DNA of 63,184 nucleotides, filler included, from Octopus bimaculoides (Eukaryota): NCBI RefSeq assembly GCF_001194135.2. It is 5 parts of 4 records of this genome, joined end to end, with 100 filler letters (N's around TTAATTAATTAA, not from the genome) between each part and the next. Parts side by side here need not be neighbours in the genome. Positions count along the whole stretch, not along the records: positions 43,059 to 63,184 come from NC_068981.1; 4 more parts are not named here. One strand, 5' to 3'. Shown piece by piece: positions 51,496 to 63,184 of this stretch (position 1 is its first letter; each line of letters starts with the position of its first letter). The notes under the pieces were generated by a model. It saw only the letters and a program-made list of their open reading frames with translations, ran no database searches and was not told where the DNA came from. The position numbers and the translations under genes were made by a program.

Positions 51496-52313
51496 ATTGA
51501 TAACATTCCATATGGAACATTCTAAATGCAACCGCTTGATAACATTCCATATGGCAGACGGTCAATCTGTTCCTCTGCTTGACAGGGTACTGCGCATCTT
51601 GCAAAAACACCAATTGTGGAAGGGCGTATCTAATCAAAAGGCAACCGCTCTTAAACTGTAGTTGCCATAGCTTTGGCGCCTTTTTGCACACCATTTGTCA
51701 CAGCATCCGAGCTCTCCGTGTAGAAAGTGAAAGTAAAATATGAAACTTTTGAGCAGCGAAATCCGTTTCCTCCAGAAGAAACGAAGAATTAAATAATCCA
51801 GTCTAGTCAGTTACGTATGACAAGACAAAACTGTCAAGCTTTAATACATTATGAAGGCAATGCACATTATAGCAAGTTCTTAGTATTTATACAAGCTATA
51901 TACCAACAATTACTGAATTGTTCCACATACTACATCAACATTGAAGTTATCACCTTCATAATGTGTATTACTGAGTATGTCAGCCTGATGTGAGTCATCA
52001 CTCATCTAACAGTTAATCTACGACTGGATGATAGAATTACGAAGTCTCCACATGATTGCCAGGCATGCTATGAGTAACAATCAAATCTCCCTACACTCTT
52101 AAAATGAATATTAAATAGAGTTAATCTCACTATGCACGTCATATGAAAAACGAAACGGAAGATGGGATGGTCACGGCCTCAGCACCATTAATGATAGTTC
52201 TACCTAATCAGGGATGACCGATGGTTAAACAATAACAACAACAACAACCTGCAGCCCGAAATTTCATGTACATTATGTAAGAAAATTGAAATATCTAAAC
52301 TAAATGAACTCGC

Positions 52314-52422
52314 AAAGATGACTTTGTTTGCCAGTAAAGATGACTTTGTTTGCCAGTAAAGATGACTTTGTTTGCCAGTAAAGATGACTTTGTTTGCCAG
52401 TAAAGATGACTTTGTTTGCCAG
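52314..52422. repeat. 22-bp minisatellite AAAGATGACTTTGTTTGCCAGT x5
   Basis: Five identical head-to-tail units without spacers. Confidence 0.95.
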
Positions 52423-52939
52423 CTGCGCTTACATTAAATATACCGAATACTGCCGTAAAATGTAATTGAAAGCGGTGTCAGTTTCTCAGCCAATCTGTTG
52501 TCTCTTTCGGAGTGTGTTTCTCCACTATTCTCACAAGAATATGCATTTGAACTAATTACTTCATCCGTTTTTGCACTTTCTATCTTTCGTTTTTATATTT
52601 TATTATTTATGCTAATTGCAGTTTCCTGCTTTCAAAAGGGGTAGATTGGACGATGTAGTGCTTGATCTACAAAGGGATGGGATGGTCACGATTGGAACAT
52701 TTTTCAACTTTTAGGTCTGTTCCACGAGAGCTGATCTGGCTTAACACCAATATAAGACATCGGTAATGGGTAGTGGACTCTGCCTTTCCATCTGACTAAA
52801 GGAGAAAAAATCATTTATTCATACACCCTCATCAATGATTACTTACAGTATTTGAAGGATCGCTGCATTAATCTCGTCTGATTTTCCATATTCTTCACGC
52901 TACAAAACAAAATATTTCTTCATTCAGTTCAAAGCATTT

Positions 52940-52972
<33 letters not shown>

Positions 52973-53183
52973 GAGAGAGAGACAGACAGAGAGAGACAGA
53001 CAGAGAGAGACAGACAGAACAAACAGACAGAAAGACAGACAGAAAAAGCTATCATTCAAGTCCATTTTTTTATAGTGTTAAGTGAACGAGCGACAAATAT
53101 GACTTTAGACTGAGAGAGTTAGTGGATTTTATTCACTAGTCGAATTGATGTTTGTGTAATTTATCAAACTGCTTATGTAAAAC

Positions 53184-53261
<78 letters not shown>

Positions 53262-53462
53262 CATAATATGTATGAGCTTGTACAATAAATGAGACGGATG
53301 GCAGAGTAGCTGAAAGTATGATACAATACCTACCGTTATTTGTTCCGGTTCGTCTACACTCTGCGTTTAAATCCCATTAAGGTATACTTGGCTCCTCGTT
53401 TTTCCTGAGGTCGATAAATAAAATACCAGTCAGATACAGAGGTAGATTATTATTGTAATTGG

Positions 53463-53581
53463 ACTTCTTCTTCTTCTTTTTCTTCTTCTTCTTCTTCTTC
53501 TTCTTCTTCTTCTTCTTCTTCTTCTTCTTCTTCTTCTTCTTCTTCTTCTTCTTCTTCTTCTTCTTCTTCTTCTTCTTCTTT
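53463..53581. repeat. (CTT)n microsatellite at the end of a degenerate SINE B
   Basis: Read directly. Source of the poly-F and poly-K ORFs. Confidence 0.95.
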
Positions 53582-54114
53582 CCTCGCTCAGCTATGTTGC
53601 GTCGTAGTGACAAGGGTACAGAGAACCACACACAACTCCATTTTATCCAGAAATGAAGAAGGGTCGAATGAGGTGTTAGCAATCCTCTTCTCATAGGAAA
53701 TCTTATATGCTACAGGAGCCGTACAAAGACGGAGCTGTTAACACTGCAAAGTACAGAACACAGGATGTAGACAAATAGATTATACTCAAGTAACATAATT
53801 TACTTGGTCATTTTACTTCTGTATTTTACAGTGAAAGAAGCAGATTCTCATTCTCTTAAGACTATAAATAAATAGAATTAATAAATTAATAAATAAAAGT
53901 CACAGTGGGGAATTTTAAAGTTGTGACTTTTGAAGATGGTATTGTTTTCCCATGCAGACAATTTGTAATGGTGTTACAGCATTAACATTTCTGATTCTCA
54001 TAAACCAATGGAAGTGCAGAAATTGCTAGACTATCGTAGTAAAGGCTATGAAGAATTACGTTTTAAGAGTAAACCCCATAAGAGTTGGCATTGTTTCTCC
54101 TCCTTACAATTCAA

Positions 54115-54505
54115 GTGGAGGCGCAATGGCATAGTGGTTAGGGCAACGGACTCGCGGTCATAGGATCGCGGTTTCGATTCCCAGACCGGGCGTTGTGAGT
54201 GTTTATTGAGCGAAAACACCTAAAGCTCCACAAGGCTCCGGCAGGGGATGGTGGCGAACCCTGCTGTACTCTTCCACCACAACTTTCTCTCACTCTTACT
54301 TCCTGTTTCTGTTGTGCCTGTAATTGAAAGGGCCAGCCTTGTCACACTGTGTCACGCTGAATATCCCTGAGAACTACGTTAAAGGTACACGTGTCTGTGG
54401 AGTGCTCAGCCACTTGCACATTAATTTCACGAGCAGGCTGTTCCGTTGATCGGATCAACTGGAACCCTCGACGTCGTAAGCGACGGAGTGCCAACAACAA
54501 CAACA
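54115..54505 (+). mobile_element. Full-length tRNA-derived SINE family C with TSD
   Basis: A box TGGCATAGTGG, B box GTTTCGATTCC, TCG in an anticodon-like loop (Arg-like, reminiscent of octopus OR-type SINEs), (CAA)n tail, 9-bp TSD ACAATTCAA (54106-54114 / 54506-54514). Confidence 0.9.
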
Positions 54506-54949
54506 ACAATTCAATAATGTAATTAACAGTTATGTACAGCGACTATTCGATCGATCACATCCTTTTTCATAAATGTTTAAACTAGTGTGAATTTCATTCA
54601 GCAATATCCTTAAGTCTTTGCATATATTTTCCAAGTGATACTATGATGGTTGAAGAAAACAAAACCAGTTGGGATATTTATAATGTATGTTTAGTCTAGT
54701 TTCAACTTGACACTATTTTATAATAGCATACGATCATACATACAAACAATCTTAACACATACATATGCATGTGTATACATACAAACATACTAAGGTTCGT
54801 ATACACAAGCATATACATTCATTTATTGAATATTATAATGATATTTATAACTCATAGAAATAATTTTCACTATTTAAAACAAAAAGCAAAATGTTGCCGC
54901 TAAGGGTTCAATGAGTATTTCAAAAACATTTTAAAATCCATACAGATTA

Positions 54950-55160
54950 AATATTGGTTTCAAATTTTGGCACAAGGCCAGCAAGTTCGGCGGGAGGGAG
55001 TAAGTAAGTTACATCGATCCCAGTGCTCAACTAGTGCTCATTTTATCGACCCCGAAAGGATGAAAGGTAAAGTCGACATCGGCTGAATTAAACTCAAAAC
55101 ATAATGACGGACGAAATGCCGCTAAGCTCGGCGTTCTAAAGATTCTGCCAAATTGCTACC
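54950..55160 (-). mobile_element. SINE family B (further partial copies at 56745-56880 and 59150-59275)
   Basis: Reverse-complement match to core and tail variant 3. Confidence 0.8.
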
Positions 55161-56554
55161 TAATACAGACTAAACATTGAAAGTCTCAATTTATATATAA
55201 GCTTGAAAGAAATATATGACTAACCTTATAAGTGGTATGACTTCATCCGTGCACATTGCTCCGTTCAAATTTCCGTTTGCAAAAAATTTCACTTCACTTA
55301 ACTAATTGCAGCCTTCAGGAAATAGATTATAAGGATGTTTCTCATAGAGGCCTGTAGTGATTGGAAAAGGACAAGCAAATTTTCATGATAAACAAAATTA
55401 ATAAGGCATCAAATGTTTTAAACATGTCAAACACTATGATGAAGGAGAAAAAATTAGACAAATATAAACTCATTTTATCTTCTCATTAATAAAGAAGAGG
55501 GCAAAAATTTCATAAATACTTTTTGTTGGGTGGGAAATGGTATTTGGAAGTTTAAGTACAACTCTATTAAAATTACAGAATTTCACTAGATCTATTCCAT
55601 ATACCTAATGTTATAAACATGTGTAAGATGGCATTGTTAAAAAACACATGTCAGTGAGTGAACTGAAACCGATAATTATTTAATTCTGCTCTCCAACAAC
55701 CTAAGTTTATTTCTCGCCAAATCAATCTTCATTTTCATTCCACCAGATTGTTAGAAATAAATGTTAGTATTACAGAGGAATCAACTCAATAGTAAATACA
55801 CATTTTCTTTAAACGATCTGTGTGGTTATAAAACCATAAATGGCGTTAGGGTATGTTAGAGCGCTAACTGAATATATAACAGCATTTCGATTCATATCAT
55901 TTCGTACTGAGATGAAATCCTATTGAGGTTAACTTTGCCTTTCATACACACACGCACAACCCATAAAACACGTAGTATGATTGACTCTTAAAAATGTGCC
56001 GTGTTATGTTAAAATTAAGAAATGAATATTAATCCTAAACCAAACAAACGTCTCATAAGAGAGAGACATTTAAGAAGAAGCCAGTTCACAACTGGGTATC
56101 ACTTTCATATGAAGATATTTCACATCAATTTCTTCAATAATACATTTGAGAAAACAAATGGATGTCATTCTCATTTGCCCTCCCATATTTCCTATATGCA
56201 AAGAACTAAAAACACAGCATTTATAAAACGGTTTCAGTACAAAGAGAAAGCAACAACGACAAGAACGACAACAACAACAACTACAACAACACTAATAGTA
56301 ACAGTATCAAGAAAACATGCCAAAAAATTATTTAACGGAAATATGACTAACGCATCAGTTTAAGTAAAGTGGTTTTGTGGTGTTGAAAGAAAGTTTTGTG
56401 AAAGATCACAAAATACTTTTCATTTTGGTTTCATTTTTCATGTTTTATTTATTATCTTTATTTTTTTTTTTGAAGATAAAAATGAAAAACTANNNNNNNN
56501 NNNNNNNNNNNNNNNNNNNNNNNNNNNNNNNNNNNNNNNNNNNNNNNNNNNNNN

Positions 56555-56610
<56 letters not shown>

Positions 56611-58828
56611 AATTTGTGTCTAAATAATTGTGTATGTCGCTTCTTTTTCAGTTCTTCTTTCATAACAACTATCACAGTCTTCGTAAAAACGACAGGGATA
56701 AGGATAATGATATTACAGATTATAAAAACAAAAATAATAACTGCATCTAATTTTGGCACAAGGCCAGCAATTTCGTGAGAAGTTAGTCAATTATATCGAC
56801 CCCAAGACTTAACTGGTACTTTATTTTATCAACCCCGAAAGGATAAAAGACAAAGTCAATCTCGGCGGAATTTGAACCCAGCCGCCGACCCGACCCAAAA
56901 AAAGCTGTCCTAAATCCGTGTTGCTCTGTGTTCTCTTAGATTTGATGCCCCTTTGTCTGGGTCTACAGTGCCCTGAATATCCATCATAGTTGCCGCCCGC
57001 ATAATCATCACAACTGCAGAACAAACATGAACATGGCCCTAGCATCCGTTATTTTGGACTGCAGCCAATAAAGAGATTAACGTACAAAAGTTATTGGACC
57101 GCCCTACCACATTTGATAAGTGTTAGCGCAAAGAAATTCAGAAAACAGCCCCCAACCTCCCCATATTGGTTAATTTCTTTGCGTAGGAGCAGGTTTCATG
57201 AAGTTATCACACCCAGAGAACTGCAAAATAGCGCGGTAAAGCGTTGCACCTGGACAATAAGTACGATGGTGATATGCATGGTTCGACTGAACCGGTCATC
57301 GAAGCTAATAGTTTATTACGACGATATAGCTCTATTTTATCGACTTCTGTTAATGCAACCAATGAGAAACTTCTGAGACACAGTCTGTGTGAAACTTTCT
57401 GTTTGATTGCTCAACATGCTAGAAATAACAAGTATATCACACTCAAATGCCACCCTACTATCTTGAAAATGAGAAGAGATACATTAGAAAATGTAGCCTT
57501 GAATACATGCTTGAAACAAAGTGGAACGATTTGATCAGATTTTTTTCCTTTATCAAGTTTACACTGGAGATGTATATAACCTAAGAATGTTACATTTCAT
57601 AATTATTATGACTACTATAAGCTCTATAAACGTCATTTTGATTGTGGTCGTTGCTACTAGCCACTGTCATTAGCATTAGAGACGTAATGATTCAGAAAAC
57701 TCATTTCTCCTATCTTTCGTTGAATTTCTAGCTTGCTGCATGAACTGAATTCGCTTATAATTTCTTTGAAATTTCTGCATTGACTATTGTTCATGGCTGG
57801 CAGTTAATTGATAAACAAATAAAGTAAATCACACGAGGTAAGATTGGAAATCATAATTGCGAAGCACTGGACTCTACCCCTGTCACTTCAACAATTTCTA
57901 ACTGTTTTGTGTGTACATTAAAACAACATGAGTCAGATGCATTTCCAGTGTTTAATTACAAAATAACGAGATGTGTGTATTATAATTGTTAAAACGATAA
58001 TTAAGGTTAAACATTTATCGCAACTATACGGTTAATTATTCAATGACAATCAACAACTCTAGGACAGTTTTTTTTTTTTCAGAATAAAATATGATTATCA
58101 TATTTCCCTATGGTCCCCACCTAAATAAACTAGACTTCTTGGTGATGTGTAACTATACTAGGATTCAGTCTCCCATAGCATAGCTAAACCGAAATTATAA
58201 TGTTGACCTATATTTTGAAACAGTACCCTTAATTCAAAAGGAAATAATTAGTCAATGTTTAAGTAGCAAAATGTGCCTACGTGCTATTTACGTTCCAAAT
58301 ATTGGTTTCTTTTTAAGCAAACGAACACCAATCCATAAGGGATAAGAATGAAATTTTGAACTGTTCACACCCTTCCCAAAGGTACTAACAACGTGATTAA
58401 CAATGATGATAACTGTGAAATGAAAGCTTACACTTGTTCTAAAATCCTGTTCTCCTTACTCAGTGAAAAGATCGTACATTTCTAGAAGTAAATATGTTTG
58501 TAACCATCACATCCTTTATAAAAATTATTTCTTTAAAAAACGTTGAAACTCCGGTGCAATGATTAAGGCTGGAAATCATAACGGAGCCCCCACATGATAT
58601 TCACCAAAAGCTAACTTCTTATATAACTGAACTCAACACTCTTTCAACATCAGTATTCGTCCATATGTACCGAGTGCCGTAACAATGGGCACTCAGTGTG
58701 CATAGACCGAGCTACTATTTTTATTCACCGATACAGTAGTTTTCACTTAACTCGAGATGCTAATGTATTCAAGAAAATCCTCAGTAGGGAACGCATTGTT
58801 TCTATTCACGGTTTTTTTTTATCTGCAG

Positions 58829-58905
58829 GAAGGGGCTGCTGTGCTATTGGCCTTTGCAAGCCCTCCAACTGCGTTGAAATTGATCGCGATAACATTGCAA
58901 ATTGA
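58829..58905 (+). CDS. Candidate exon after a strong acceptor
   Basis: TTCTATTCACGGTTTTTTTTTATCTGCAG. Phase 1 gives GRGCCAIGLCKPSNCVEIDRDNIAN*; phase 0 stays open to a GG|GTGTAG donor. Confidence 0.2.
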
Positions 58906-61900
58906 CAATCGCAGGAAAGATATTCAGAGAGGGATTCCCAAAGGACAGAATGGGTGTAGTGTTTGTGTATATATCCTTCTGCAGCTCCTCCTCTTCATCG
59001 TCATCATCAAGTCTAAAACAACCAATGAACTTGTACTTATGTATCTCTGCATTGCGTATGCGAAAAAAAACATTGCTTAAATAGAACTCAGATCCTATAA
59101 CTATATATTTTCAACAAATATCCTACAAAATAAACATTAAATAACCCTTTCTACTATAGGCACAAGGCCTGAAATTTGGTGTGAGGGGAACTCGATTACA
59201 TCAACCCCAGTGCTCAACTCATACTTATTTTATCGAATTCAAAAGGATGGAAAGCAAAGTCGACCCGCACGGAATCTTTAAATATTAATTTTGAATATTT
59301 TATATAGTTAGCCGCCTTAAAATAAACATTAAATAAAACCATAGACTTGCGGTCTTTAGATCAGGTCTTTAGATCAGGAAATGCTTTTGCCATGATAAGC
59401 TTCTAACTCTGTACAAGCCTGGAGTACAAGTCATATTGTGCTATACAATACAAATGTACAAATCTATTATATACTACAATTACTAGAAGACAATATGGTT
59501 AATGGGGAAATTTTTACTCATCAACAATGACCAATAACCGGCCGCAGGGATTCGGTTTCTTCTCATTGATTTTCTATAACAATCACATTGACCAAACCAA
59601 TGCAATTCTTGTGTCCCCTATTTTCGTTACAATTGCATTGTCTTTATAGATCTCACTTTGCCTCCTTCATAGAACTGGAACGCTTTAAGATTTCCTCACC
59701 GCTCAGTTTTCGGAGTTTTTTCTGTTTTTAATCCAGACGTTGACGACGTAGACATATCCTCATTGAACATGAATAACCTCGATTTATCATTCAAGGAGGA
59801 CTTGCAAATATGACAAAATGATATTACCGTATTTGATGGCATAAAAGTCACACGGACGTATTAGATGCACCCCAACTTCAGCAGCTCATATTCAGGATAA
59901 AATGCTTTGAGTGATCCAAAATATGTAATAAAGATCCATCATATTTACGTCCTAGAGAGATTTTTCTGAGATATGATTTTTGGGGAAAGAATTAGGGGAA
60001 TGCTTATACATATCAAATATGGTAACTTGATATGAGTTGCCATATTACAATGGATCTATTCATTTAATTGTATTTCATATTTTCATATTCTTCTTTTTAT
60101 TAGTTACTAATAACATCATATTGAAAATCTTTCATGAATGTTAAAAGATTATCCATTGGCCATTTTGTTTAGTCGATGATTAGTCCATGACTTTTACTAA
60201 AGCTATTGTTAGTGATGGGAATGGGTATTAGAAATAAGAGGTACACTAAGGCCCAGGAGATTGGGTTTACGACAGAAGAGAGATTTAACGCAATAATCCC
60301 TCTCACTTGTGTTAGAAAGTGGATAAAATGCCGCCGACATACACACCTGCTCTCCACTTTCATCACTGAGCTCTTGTCTCATCAGAAATGGATAACTTAT
60401 AATATTGCACGATCCTCTACTGGAAAAACATTTAAGCATTAATGCAATTCTATGTTTATGAGATCAGGAATTTATACTATGTACACTGTTTACGTTAATC
60501 GGACTGGTGCCTTCATCTTCATTGTTGCTGTCACCACGTTTCAGTTGTGCACGTAGTGAAAACAACAATCAAGATGAAGACTCCGCTCCAACTAATGTAA
60601 ACAGCGTACATAATTTAATTATCAATTATGGCCAAGGAGGAGCATATACCTTTGGAAAAACAGCAGTTAAAAATAGTACAACCAAATGAATGATAGAGAA
60701 GGAAAAAATTACCAGGATATACATGACATATGAAAAACATATAAATGAGTAAATGCTAAGAAATATAATTTAGTAAATCGCTGTAATGATTAATTTTGGT
60801 CAAGAAAGCAGGAAAGCGGTCCTGTGCAATATCTCACCAACTGTCTTTTAAATGATCACTCCTGTCAGTATTCATTCAATCACAAACTTTCATGTTTCTT
60901 CGGCATCTAGGATTTGTTAAATATCGATAAGGTTTCCAGGATCGTTACTATATAAAAGCATTCTTCACTGCATACTCTCGTTACATTTTTGATTAATTTA
61001 AATTTCGGACTTGTCTCCCTTGTCCTCACTGACCATAATTTCGCATTAAAGTTAATAATACTTTTCCTCTCAAAACAGCTATAATTCTAATCACTTCAAT
61101 TTATTTTGACTCACTACAGCATATACATATACTAACACCACCACCAATAAAAAAACAACAACAACGACGACAACAAAAACAACTCTACCATCCCATTTAA
61201 TTAGAGTAGTTTCATTCTACTTACCCTGTTTTTATGAGTTCTGTGATATTTTAAGTCTATGTATATGTGTATGTATGTACATGTGTGAGTGAGTGTGAGT
61301 AATGTGTGCGTGAGCGCGCGTGTGTGTATGTGTGTGTGTGTGCGTGTGTGCGACGAGAAAGTGAGAGAGAACCAGAGAGAGAAGCAGTGAGAGGGGAAAT
61401 TGAAACTGAAGGAAAAAGTACCAACGCAGCTTTTGGTATCAATGAATGCGTGTATAGAAATCATATACGATAAGATGAAATATACTTACAACTCGCTAGG
61501 AAACCATACGGTGTATACACACCACAGGAGCTTCGGCAGCTGAGAACCGAGATCTTCTGACTGGATTCATCTTTCGGAGAATTCCTCAGAGATTGCATGA
61601 GTCACTTCTATACAAGATTGTATCTTCCTATGAAGAATTATTACTGGCGTGAGGAAATTTACATAAAAGGTTGACGGCCGGAATTTAATAAGAAAAGTAC
61701 AAACAGCAAAAGGCTGTTAATAAATGCGAAAAATAGAAATTATATGAATAAGAGTATACTCGTATCGTCAAAAATGCCGACAGTTTTATTAATGATAGAA
61801 AATGGTGCATCAAAACAATGGGTGAATGTCAGCAATNNNNNNNNNNNNNNNNNNNNNNNNNNNNNNNNNNNNNNNNNNNNNNNNNNNNNNNNNNNNNNNN

Positions 61901-62344
61901 NNNNNNNNNNNNNNNNNNNNNNNNNNNNNNNNNNNNNNNNNNNNNNNNNNNNNNNNNNNNNNNNNNNNNNNNNNNNNNNNNNNNNNNNNNNNNNNNNNNN
62001 NNNNNNNNNNNNNNNNNNNNNNNNNNNNNNNNNNNNNNNNNNNNNNNNNNNNNNNNNNNNNNNNNNNNNNNNNNNNNNNNNNNNNNNNNNNNNNNNNNNN
62101 NNNNNNNNNNNNNNNNNNNNNNNNNNNNNNNNNNNNNNNNNNNNNNNNNNNNNNNNNNNNNNNNNNNNNNNNNNNNNNNNATATATATATATATATATAT
62201 ATATAATATGTGCATGTCTGTGTTTGTACCCCCCAGCATCACTTGACAACCGATGTTGGTGTGTTTATGTCCCCGTAACTTATATATACACACACAGAAG
62301 TGAAGCACTTGAACAATCAGATACAGTTGTAAAGTTGTATATTT

Positions 62345-62510
62345 GACAGATGAAGAATTATGTACATTATTTACATTTGACAGATATTTGTCCTCATCTA
62401 GTTTGTTGTTAACACAACGTTTCGGCTGATATACTCTCCAGTCTTCATTAGGTGTCTTGGTGGAAATTTCGAACCTGGGTTCTCATTCCTAAGATATTTT
62501 TCGATGTTAC

Positions 62511-62554
<44 letters not shown>

Positions 62555-62623
62555 TCACTGCCTGGAATCGAACTCGGAATCAGTAACCCGCGCTCTTAAC
62601 CACTACGCCATATGTACGTGGGC
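62345..62623 (-). mobile_element. tRNA-headed SINE (family E) with (AAT)n linker and hammerhead-containing PLE-like tail
   Basis: Minus strand: A box TGGCGTAGTGG, B box GAGTTCGATTCC, (AAT)n, then AGGAATGAGAACCCAGGTTCG, the HHR motif and a 3' tail. Confidence 0.8.
62411..62456 (-). ncRNA. Minimal type I hammerhead ribozyme motif, probably inactive (G5A)
   Basis: GACAC-CTAATGA-A-GACTG-gagagtatat-CAGCC-GAA-ACGT-T-GTGTT. Stem I GACAC/GTGTT, palindromic stem III ACGT, GUU triplet. The core reads CUAAUGA instead of CUGAUGA. Confidence 0.7.
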
Positions 62624-62823
62624 AATTATGGAATCAATTTTTGGGCTAATAGATCTAATATTTTTCTATCTTTCCTTAATAGCGGTTCCTTTATGCTACT
62701 CATATCTGCACTAGCTCTGATTAAGACATTATTATGTCCTAGCATATGTGCTGCCTCTTTCAGTTTTCGTATTTTCCAGTGGTGTTATCTGTCTATTATT
62801 TTAACTTCATTCCGCAGGAGAAA

Positions 62824-62982
62824 GTGGTCTCCGTTTTTCCATACGTGATCAGCTATAACCGATTTATCACGAGGAGATATTGATATGTAGTTATATATAT
62901 ATGTCTATGTATAATTACATATCAATATCTCCTCGTGATAAATCGGGCATAGCTGATCACGTATGGAAAAACGGACAACCAC
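62824..62982. repeat. Near-perfect 72-bp-arm inverted repeat (foldback), probably PLE-derived
   Basis: 62824-62895 versus 62910-62982: 14-nt loop, two adjacent central mismatches, one G-T pair and a small terminal irregularity. The arm encodes DKSGIADHVWKNGQPL, resembling PLE GIY-YIG sequence. Confidence 0.9.
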
Positions 62983-62994
62983 TATATGTATAGG

Positions 62995-63184
62995 AGTAGG
63001 AGTGGCTGTGTGGTAAGTAGCTTGCTTACGAACCAAATGGTTCCGGGTTCAGTCCCACTGCGTGGCACCTTGGGCAAGTGTCTTCTACTATAGCCTCGGG
63101 CCGACTAAAGCCTTGTGAGTGGATTTGGTAGACGGCAACTGAAAGAAGCCCGTCGTATATATGTATATATATATATATATATAT
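62995..63184 (+). mobile_element. SINE family A, young copy, runs off the window
   Basis: AGGAGTGGCTGTGTGGTAAGTAGCTTGC...GAAAGAAGCCCGTCG(TA)n. Confidence 0.9.

Noticed and set aside
52314-52422. CRISPR-like repeat
   Set aside because: No spacers and eukaryotic context; a simple tandem repeat.
53895-53931. 10-bp inverted repeat AAAAGTCACA/TGTGACTTTT resembling a terminator
   Set aside because: Short and AT-rich, expected by chance in 63 kb; intrinsic terminators are not relevant here.
54115-54195. tRNA-Arg gene
   Set aside because: No acceptor-stem closure or terminator; it continues into a SINE body with tail and TSD. The same applies to the heads at 44235, 62550 and 16545.

Overview
AT-rich, repeat-dense eukaryotic scaffold with many N gaps. 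It is not prokaryotic: there are no operons, rRNA, real tRNA genes or CRISPR. The SINE and MITE families resemble those I recall from octopus (coleoid cephalopod) genomes; that assignment is pattern recall, not a database hit. No host gene can be named. Nearly all ORFs in the supplied track are microsatellite, N-gap or TE by-products, and the few splice-bounded exon candidates are low confidence. What is well supported: a decayed Chapaev3/CMC-type transposase, two Penelope-like element (PLE) coding remnants, RTE and L2/CR1 LINE fragments, at least four tRNA-headed SINE families (about 35 copies), hAT- and piggyBac-type MITEs, and long foldback repeats. The most notable signal is a set of minimal type I hammerhead ribozyme (HHR) motifs with palindromic stem III (30851-30932 minus, 31442-31517 plus, 37712-37760 plus, 62411-62456 minus, plus decayed copies). 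One lies inside a ~210 bp element bounded by ~40 bp inverted repeats, and another forms the tail of a tRNA-headed SINE. Together they suggest a PLE-dependent family of non-autonomous ribozyme-bearing retroelements. All alignments and folds were done by eye; repeat boundaries are approximate unless TSDs are given.
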